From: a virus
Strand: one strand, 5' to 3'
Length of the DNA: 64,000 nucleotides
IMG/VR virus record: IMGVR_UViG_3300005253_000054
Location: 36,284-100,283 of that record
Below the pieces are notes generated by a model. That model was given only the letters and a program-made list of their open reading frames with translations, was not told the origin of the DNA and did not search any database. The position numbers and the translations under genes are program-made. Below, piece by piece: positions 57,230 to 64,000 of this stretch; within the stretch, counting starts at the first letter, position 1; every line of letters starts with the position of its first letter.

Positions 57230-57496
57230 ATGCCATTTGTAGGTTTTGAGCAAGTTGCCGCCACTGGCACCAGAAAAACAGTGGCACAATTGACCGTGCC
57301 AGTAAATGCTAATCACGCAGAGTTGCAAGCAACCGGTGGAAACGTTCGTTATTGGATGGCAGGTGACCCGGTAGCGGGTGGGATGGTTTTGGTTTCCAAT
57401 ACCGATCCGAAATCGTTTCCGATTGAGGATGTAAGAAATATCACATTCACTAGCGACGGGGTGGATTGTTTGTTGTTACTTCATTATGCAACGTGA
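57230..57496 (+). CDS. Putative small structural protein
   Basis: Beta-rich; NVRYW motif. Confidence 0.5.
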   Translation: MPFVGFEQVAATGTRKTVAQLTVPVNANHAELQATGGNVRYWMAGDPVAGGMVLVSNTDPKSFPIEDVRNITFTSDGVDCLLLLHYAT

Positions 57497-57499
57497 TTG

Positions 57500-59215
57500 A
57501 TGCCTTTACCAAAACCAAGATCAGATGAAAATAGAGCGGAATTTATTAGTCGATGTATTTCTAATCCAACAGTTCAGCAAGAGTTTAATACGAACGAACA
57601 ACGAGTGGCCATTTGTGCTACTCAATTCGAGGAATCAAGGGAGCGTAATATGACTCCTAATGAGCTATTACTAACGAAGATTAAAACCCGTACGCAAAAG
57701 AGAACGGAATTCTCCCATGGTGTTTTGACTGCCGATAGATGGGTCAAGACATTACAAGAGGGAGTGGGTCTCGATCTTTGTTACCGATTCGGTTCAAATC
57801 GTCAGACTAGTTTTGATGACGTTTTGCAAAAGGCGGCACAGACTCTTACCTATTCTAATGAGGATATGGTGTTAGAGGAAAAGGCCCCAAGGTTGCCGAA
57901 GGGTATTGAAATGCCTAAGAACACTCTAATGGTGTTTAGGCACATTTTGACGACACCTCGTAAAGATCGGGATGGTGATATTCTTAGAACGGAAGGGGCT
58001 GAGGTTGACCTTAAGATGTTGTTATTGTGGCAGCATGTTCCTACATTGCCAATCGGTAAGATGTTGACAATTGTGAAGCGGAATAGTAAGCAATTGGTTT
58101 TGATATCTGCGATTGTGGATATTAACGAATTGTCCCACGATGCTGCCGTGATGATCGACAATGGGATGGGTAGATTTAGTCATGGATTTAGGGCCTTAGA
58201 ATTTGAGGAGTTGAAAGAGAAGGAAGGCGAACCTAGTGGGTTTGATGTTAAGAGATTCGAGATTATGGAAGAATCATTAGTTAGTGTGCCTTCCAATGCC
58301 GATGCCGAGACTCAAGAGGTTCTGTTGTCTCTGGTTGAAGGTGGTAAGTTGACCAGTTGCATGATGAAAGAGTATGGCAAGTCAATTCGGGAGAAACGTC
58401 CTGTCAGTATTCCCGTTAAACTTGATTTGAGTGTATCAATAAATGGAAAGGACATTAACAATGAAAGCGACGAATCTAGCAGCAATGCAACGGGCGGCGA
58501 AGAGGGGCGAGGAATTGCCAGCCCATCAGAAAAAGCAAATGAGAATTCACAGACGGGAGGAGAAGAAACGAAGCAAGCCAAAGACTCAGAAGTAAAGGCT
58601 ATGGTTGGCACGACTGGTCTTGCTGATGGTCATCGTCATGGTGCTCGGGTGGACGATGATGGTAATGGTAAGACTGGGGCATCCAATGGACATAGACACC
58701 CTATTAAGAAGTTTGTAGTGCAAGAGGTGAATGGTCATAAACATCCTTTGAGTAAGGGCGATTTGGAGGAACGTTCGTTTATAGATGTGGATAAAATTCT
58801 TAACAATTGCAAACTTACAGAGAAAGATCGTGAATGGTTTAAGGCGTCTGCATCGCAGTTATGGGGAAGTGATTGGATCGAGGGCGAAAAAGGCGGACGA
58901 TCATTGAGCAAAGCCAATGAGATCAAAATTAAGGACGCTAAAGAAATCGTTGATGAGGTTGTTGGAATGGATATTTCCAGGCCAGCCAAGGCGGCGTTAC
59001 GTGAGGCTAGTACGTCGCTTGCTACTGTACTTGTGGGCCTTGGCGAGGAAACTGAAACGTCCACGAAGGTGGAAGTAAAAGACGCAATGGTCTTTGTGTT
59101 GGCAGAAGCCTCTTCTGAACAACGAACTAAAATGATCGAGTTGCTACGACTAGGAAAACAAATCGAAAAGCAAGACCGGCGACTAGAAGATTTTCATAGG
59201 ATGCTGGGAAGATAA
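57500..59215 (+). CDS. HK97-type prohead protease with extensions
   Basis: DRDGDIL, LLWQH, FSHGF, EESLVSVPSN; N-terminal MPLPKP..EFISRC domain; GHxH repeats. Confidence 0.88.
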   Translation: MPLPKPRSDENRAEFISRCISNPTVQQEFNTNEQRVAICATQFEESRERNMTPNELLLTKIKTRTQKRTEFSHGVLTADRWVKTLQEGVGLDLCYRFGSNRQTSFDDVLQKAAQTLTYSNEDMVLEEKAPRLPKGIEMPKNTLMVFRHILTTPRKDRDGDILRTEGAEVDLKMLLLWQHVPTLPIGKMLTIVKRNSKQLVLISAIVDINELSHDAAVMIDNGMGRFSHGFRALEFEELKEKEGEPSGFDVKRFEIMEESLVSVPSNADAETQEVLLSLVEGGKLTSCMMKEYGKSIREKRPVSIPVKLDLSVSINGKDINNESDESSSNATGGEEGRGIASPSEKANENSQTGGEETKQAKDSEVKAMVGTTGLADGHRHGARVDDDGNGKTGASNGHRHPIKKFVVQEVNGHKHPLSKGDLEERSFIDVDKILNNCKLTEKDREWFKASASQLWGSDWIEGEKGGRSLSKANEIKIKDAKEIVDEVVGMDISRPAKAALREASTSLATVLVGLGEETETSTKVEVKDAMVFVLAEASSEQRTKMIELLRLGKQIEKQDRRLEDFHRMLGR

Positions 59216-59309
59216 CACAAACTGTCCCTATGTAGGGGATTGATAAGTAGCTTCGCAACGGTTGCGGATGTACAACAACCAAGACTGTTAGTAATATAAG
59301 GAACACATT

Positions 59310-60956
59310 GTGAAACTGACAGCAAATCTGAAGAAGTGGATTGTCGAAAATTGCGACGTCAAAGCAGACGCCGCAGATGACGAATTCCGCAAGGCCGTTA
59401 GTGAGGCACTTATTGATGGTTCACTGACGGGAGAAAAGTATAGTGAGCTTATGACCGATCCGAAGTCGGAAGAGATTGATGGGTTCAAAGCTACCTTGGA
59501 AGGAATCAATGAGACTTTAGTTTCATTGACCGAGCTAATCAAGACTTCCAAGGAAACTTCCGGGGATAAAACGGAAGATAAGACAAAGGATACTTCCGAT
59601 GATAAGAGTACGGATAAAACGGAAGACAAGAGTAAGGACAAGGATAAAACAAAGGATGAGCCTAGTAGTTGGGCTAAGAATATCGCTTCTCTTGTGCTTC
59701 CCCAAATGGTTGGTGATAAGGGAATTGATATTAGGGTAAAGGAAGTGGCTGATAGTTACAATGGTACTAAGTCCGCGTTACTATACCCGGCTACTACTAA
59801 GAAGGGTGATCCACATTTGATGGCTGGTCGTCCTGTAATCTTGGAAGATAGGGGACGAGCGATTGAATTGTCTCAAAGGGATAAGGCCGTTTCCGGTGCC
59901 TATGCCAAATGGATGATTGCCTCTTCTGTTCATTGCCACGGCAATAAGCGAATGGGGTTGTCTATGTTGAGGGACCACGATAAGGAATTGGTACTTTATG
60001 CCATTAAGAATATGGAATGGGGCGGTTCCTCAAATGGTGGTGATTTCGGTGATATCAAAGATCGTAAGCTTACTGAAATGGAGCAGAAGCAGATCATTGA
60101 TGATAATGTGTCCGGTGGTTTGGAAGCGGCTCCTATCGTTTTTGATGACGATATTATTCAAACTCCTCTTCTCCACGGTGAATTGTTCCCGCTGGTTAAG
60201 AAAGTGAATATTGATCGTGGTCGAAGAATCGAAGGTGTTGCGACTGGTACTGTGACACTTGGTTGGGGTGGTATTGATGCCACTGCAATTACGCTGTTCA
60301 ATACGGCCGCTTATGTTACGGCCTTCGACACGACCATCTATCGGGTAGAAGGTGCCATCCAAATCGGTTTGGATTTCCTTTCTGATACACCGATTGACTT
60401 TGGACAACACGTTACCAGTCAATACGGCGAAAGGTTGTTAGAAGAGCTTGACGGTGTTATCGCAACTGGTAACGGTACCACGCAACCCCAGGGAATTATG
60501 AACTCGGGTGCTACGGCTGTTGCCTTCGGAGGTGTTGCAGCGACTATTGGTGGTTACGAAACGTTGCGATATACAGTAACTAAGCCGGAACATGGTGGGA
60601 ACATGGATTCCACGGCGGTGTTCTGTGGCACAGAGCAGAGCTTTGTACGGGCACGGGCTATTCCCGTTGGTGCTACTGATGAACGTCGATTGTTTGGTTT
60701 GGGACACTTCACCTCAGATTATAATCTGAGTGGAAGGTCTTACAGGATCAATGAAACTCTGGCAAACAACCAAATTTTCTATGCTGTTCTCGGTCGTTAT
60801 CGTATGTATATCCGACGTGGATTGACCATGCGAAGTAGCACCGAGGGCAATACCCTGATTCTCAATAACTTGATGCTTATTGCGATCACGGCACGATTTG
60901 GCGGTCAGATGGAACGTGCTGCTGCGGCAGCATTGACCATTACTGCTCAGGCGTAA
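59310..60956 (+). CDS. Major capsid protein (HK97 fold) with long N-terminal region
   Basis: SGGLEAAP, DFLSDT, GNGTTQPQGI, ARFGG; follows the protease gene. Confidence 0.88.
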   Translation: MKLTANLKKWIVENCDVKADAADDEFRKAVSEALIDGSLTGEKYSELMTDPKSEEIDGFKATLEGINETLVSLTELIKTSKETSGDKTEDKTKDTSDDKSTDKTEDKSKDKDKTKDEPSSWAKNIASLVLPQMVGDKGIDIRVKEVADSYNGTKSALLYPATTKKGDPHLMAGRPVILEDRGRAIELSQRDKAVSGAYAKWMIASSVHCHGNKRMGLSMLRDHDKELVLYAIKNMEWGGSSNGGDFGDIKDRKLTEMEQKQIIDDNVSGGLEAAPIVFDDDIIQTPLLHGELFPLVKKVNIDRGRRIEGVATGTVTLGWGGIDATAITLFNTAAYVTAFDTTIYRVEGAIQIGLDFLSDTPIDFGQHVTSQYGERLLEELDGVIATGNGTTQPQGIMNSGATAVAFGGVAATIGGYETLRYTVTKPEHGGNMDSTAVFCGTEQSFVRARAIPVGATDERRLFGLGHFTSDYNLSGRSYRINETLANNQIFYAVLGRYRMYIRRGLTMRSSTEGNTLILNNLMLIAITARFGGQMERAAAAALTITAQA

Positions 60957-61013
60957 TTAGCAATGGGAGTAGGGGGAGACTTCCACAACTCTCCTGTTAA
61001 TACTCCTTTCCAA

Positions 61014-61061
61014 AGCCTCACCCGTGGCAGGTCGGGTCTCCTCTACGGGTGAGGTTATTTT
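61014..61061 (+). terminator. Intrinsic terminator after the capsid gene
   Basis: AGCCTCACCCGTGG/CTACGGGTGAGGTT followed by ATTTT. Confidence 0.65.
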
Positions 61062-61101
61062 CCCAAACTTTAGACCTATTACTAAGGAGACTCACAGAAT
61101 T

Positions 61102-61716
61102 ATGGCTACTAAAGAAAAAGAGAATGGAATGCATGTTGCCCCATTTGGAGTTGAGATGGATGCCGGTAATAAAGATGTTATGTTGCGATCAATCCAGGGA
61201 CAACGGGTGCGTTCCAGAATCAATCCGACTAGGACTATTAAGGATTCCAAAACGGGCATGGAAATGATTATAGCAGACGAAGCTCGGGTACTTGCTGCAT
61301 ATGGCGAGATACCCGGACAACAGGTTCACGTAGACCCGGCTAAGATGACGTATGTGATTTATGATCCACTGACAGAGAAAAAGCACGAATCGACCTGTGA
61401 TAGGATTGTTGCTGCTATGACTAGGAATGGTTTTTTCAATGTGAAAAAGATTACTGGCGTTCCTGCACAAGAGGGTAATTTTCTACATCCGAAAGATCCT
61501 AGTCGTATGAGGACGTTGGTAAGGGAGTTGCTTTGGTTGTTGGACTCAGGTGAAGCTAGGATGGTAAAAGGACCAAAACCAGATATGGATGATATTGAGG
61601 CGATGCCAGGGAAGTTCATCTTGAATGCGGGAGAAATTACACCTTCTCATCAGCCAAGATATGAAGAGGATTATGAGGCTTGGCTTAGCAAGTTGACTTC
61701 TTCTGGAGTGTTGTAA
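61102..61716 (+). CDS. Hypothetical protein
   Basis: SD AAGGAG; ATG downstream of the terminator. Confidence 0.6.
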   Translation: MATKEKENGMHVAPFGVEMDAGNKDVMLRSIQGQRVRSRINPTRTIKDSKTGMEMIIADEARVLAAYGEIPGQQVHVDPAKMTYVIYDPLTEKKHESTCDRIVAAMTRNGFFNVKKITGVPAQEGNFLHPKDPSRMRTLVRELLWLLDSGEARMVKGPKPDMDDIEAMPGKFILNAGEITPSHQPRYEEDYEAWLSKLTSSGVL

Positions 61717-61717
61717 T

Positions 61718-62179
61718 GTGGCGAAATTCAAGGCACCTTCTGCCGCTGTATTGACAGCAAGGGCTAAGAAAGCTGGAAGGGCCGGTACAGAAAAGGCTCG
61801 GATACAGTGGTTTATTAAGGAGGTTTTGAATAAGCATAGGATTACGATGCGTGGTCGAATGTTCTTAGCAGTTTCATTGCTACGGGATAAGACCAGCAAA
61901 AACATCAGCCGTCCTGTCACAAAAGGAAAAGCGGGTAGGGTGACCAATCGTAGCAAACCTGGAGAGTTTCCGAAAGCAGAAACGACTCAGTTATTGTTGT
62001 CGATCTTTAGTGATGTAAGAACAAGTCGTAGTCAAGTGATAGAGGGGTTCGTTGGTACACCTTTAGATTACGGTGTAATTTTGGAAACATCCAAGAGATT
62101 AGATCGTCCATTTTTGCTTAGAACCTTGAACGAAGAAATGTCCACAATCCGAAAGATTTTAACGGGACCAATCAGGTGA
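61718..62179 (+). CDS. HK97 gp10-like neck / tail-completion protein
   Basis: RSKPGEFP..T.QL..SI..VGTPLDYGVILE..RPFL. Confidence 0.75.
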   Translation: MAKFKAPSAAVLTARAKKAGRAGTEKARIQWFIKEVLNKHRITMRGRMFLAVSLLRDKTSKNISRPVTKGKAGRVTNRSKPGEFPKAETTQLLLSIFSDVRTSRSQVIEGFVGTPLDYGVILETSKRLDRPFLLRTLNEEMSTIRKILTGPIR

Positions 62180-62676
62180 GCGTAGCATCGGCGGACTTGC
62201 ATAAAGCAGTTGCGGCATTGTGGGAAAGTAGTGGTCTTGAGGCATTATTTATTTCGACTTGGACTGCCGATGAGAAAACACAATTCGATGCCTTGAACGA
62301 TCAAGAGGCAGGCCCACAACAGGCATTTCCCTATTGCGTATTCGAGCAGTCGCCGAGTGAAACGGCTGTTAGAATGTCGTCTGTCAATGCTAACAGCAAA
62401 CGAGAGATACACGATATTCCTTGGGTGTTCAATGTGTATGCTAGGTTTGAATCGGGTGATTCAACTACTGCTAAAGAACAAGTTGCCGTTTTGGTGGAAG
62501 AGATTTTGAAGATATTCGGTGGGCATCCTGAAGTAAGTTCAACACCCTTGGCATTAGATAACGGAAACTTCTTAATCTCACAATTGATAACTGATTACGG
62601 TGTGGGGAATGCTGACGATGTTTATCAGTGGATTATCTCATATATGTTCAAAGTGGACGTGCCAGTGGCCGTCTGA
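62176..62676 (+). CDS. Tail terminator-like protein
   Basis: FPYCVF motif; size and position after the gp10-like gene. Confidence 0.6.
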   Translation: MSVASADLHKAVAALWESSGLEALFISTWTADEKTQFDALNDQEAGPQQAFPYCVFEQSPSETAVRMSSVNANSKREIHDIPWVFNVYARFESGDSTTAKEQVAVLVEEILKIFGGHPEVSSTPLALDNGNFLISQLITDYGVGNADDVYQWIISYMFKVDVPVAV

Positions 62677-62694
62677 TAATTAGAGGTAAATACA

Positions 62695-63972
62695 ATGGCT
62701 AATAGAAGTTTGACAAGCCCCAAGGTGACGTTGCAAGTTCAAGCGACCATCAACAACACGATGGATGATGGCGTGGTAGCCTCCGGTGCAATGAACGGCA
62801 ACGTTAGTGATACGCTTACAAATGGTGTTAGTGTGGCACAAGCTAACAGGGCTTTTCAGTGGAAGAATAAAACTTTGGACGTTGGTGACCCTCTTGACTT
62901 TGATGTGTACAACTTTACCGGATTGGATCAAGGTTCCGGGAATCAGAATGATGTAGTGGGCCAGGATCTTATCATGGAAGAGATCGTGTCCATTATGATT
63001 GTGAATGAGAACGCGGAGGGAACTGCTGGGGAATTGGAGATTTCTCCTAGTAGTGTGAATGGCTGGACTCCGATTGGAACGCATACATTAGCAACTCTTG
63101 GTTTCTTACGGGCACAGGCGGTGCTTGCGAAACATCAACCGGATACGGACGCCTTCCCGGTGACGAATGGTAGCAATCATAGAATTCGTTTGCGGGCTTT
63201 GACTGCTACGGTAACCTACAGTATTTACATATTGGGCAGACATGATGACGACGAATCTAGTTCGTCAATTAGTACGTCGTCGTCAAGCAGTTCAATTAGC
63301 ACATCTAGTTCATCACAAAGCTCGATTAGTACGTCTAGTTCATCACAAAGCTCAATCAGCACTAGTTCCAGTTCGATTAGCACCAGTTCAATTTCTACAT
63401 CGTCTGTCAGTTCTGTTAGCTCTGTTTCGACGTCGAGTGTATCGTCATTGTCAAGCAGTTCAATTAGTACGTCAAGCAGTTCGATTAGCACATCCTCGGT
63501 CAGTTCGATTAGTACGTCGTCATCAAGTATCAGTACGTCATCATTAAGTTCATCATCTGATGTGGGAACCGTTCATATTGGTCCTGCTAACTCCGGTGTT
63601 TCTCCTGCTGATGTGTTGGGTGATTATACAGCGGTCGGTACGACTAATGGTAGAACTCATTATAGTAACGGAACTTATTTCCTTTGGTGGCAGTCTGCTG
63701 CTAGTCTTAACATTTGGCTTTTGACGGATACAGCAGGAAATGATGGAACAGCAGCAGTTTGGGTACAAACTACTGGTGGTGAAAACCAAGCTGTTGATGC
63801 TAGTGATTATTCACCATCTACTGGTGCTACTGGCCCCGATCTTTGGGCTGCAATAAATCCAACAGATGAATCTTCATCGTACTCGTCGTTGTCGTCTTCG
63901 TCTAGTATTAGCACATCTTCAGTTAGTACATCCAGCAGTAGTGTATCCAGTAGCAGCAGTCTACTTCCTTAA
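62695..63972 (+). CDS. Putative virion protein: N-terminal domain, Ser-rich linker, and a domain shared with the PEP-CTERM protein
   Basis: Located in the tail gene cluster; 63553-63861 aligns ungapped with 4884-5192. Confidence 0.8.
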   Translation: MANRSLTSPKVTLQVQATINNTMDDGVVASGAMNGNVSDTLTNGVSVAQANRAFQWKNKTLDVGDPLDFDVYNFTGLDQGSGNQNDVVGQDLIMEEIVSIMIVNENAEGTAGELEISPSSVNGWTPIGTHTLATLGFLRAQAVLAKHQPDTDAFPVTNGSNHRIRLRALTATVTYSIYILGRHDDDESSSSISTSSSSSSISTSSSSQSSISTSSSSQSSISTSSSSISTSSISTSSVSSVSSVSTSSVSSLSSSSISTSSSSISTSSVSSISTSSSSISTSSLSSSSDVGTVHIGPANSGVSPADVLGDYTAVGTTNGRTHYSNGTYFLWWQSAASLNIWLLTDTAGNDGTAAVWVQTTGGENQAVDASDYSPSTGATGPDLWAAINPTDESSSYSSLSSSSSISTSSVSTSSSSVSSSSSLLP

Positions 63973-64000
63973 TAGGAGTCTAAATAATGACTAGTGAAAA

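Noticed and set aside
2252-61092. Recurrent (A/G)GGAGAC before many genes as a special regulatory motif
   Set aside because: Adequately explained as a Shine-Dalgarno preference.
4884-63861. Repeat pair 4884-5192 / 63553-63861 as a DGR template and variable region
   Set aside because: Differences are not adenine-specific, many are synonymous, both copies are coding, and no reverse transcriptase is present in the window.
1-64000. Prophage boundary or host genes
   Set aside because: No integrase and no host-like operon; recA, dnaX, csrA and the clamp gene sit in phage-style context throughout.

Overview
This is a 64 kb segment of a large tailed dsDNA phage (HK97-type head). Almost all genes are on the + strand. 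The host is probably a planctomycete, inferred from the style of the CsrA and PEP-CTERM proteins. About 1-27 kb is a replication/recombination module: DnaB-like helicase, sliding clamp, a family A polymerase split into UDG-exonuclease and polymerase genes, SNF2-like helicase, DNA methyltransferase, clamp loader, UvsY-like protein, SSB, RecA, CsrA, flap endonuclease, resolvase, split SbcC and SbcD. About 27.7-64 kb is packaging and morphogenesis (terminases, portal, MuF-type minor head protein, prohead protease, capsid, neck genes) mixed with accessory genes. The most striking signal is two dual-coding inteins. Neither has an in-frame endonuclease. Each contains a complete separate endonuclease gene with its own sigma70-like promoter and Shine-Dalgarno: a Vsr/DUF559-like nuclease in the +1 frame of a helicase intein, and an HNH nuclease on the antisense strand of the clamp-loader intein. 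Other highlights: a PEP-CTERM surface protein sharing a ~103 aa domain (77/103 identical by hand count) with a putative virion protein 58 kb away; a PurZ-like (2-aminoadenine pathway) gene; a Gly-start class-3-like intein; an MMP-like protease with a cysteine switch; three serine-repeat proteins; a MazG-like gene with an in-frame UGA followed by a hairpin; and an atypical tRNA with several structured RNA candidates. All calls come from reading motifs by eye; no searches were run.
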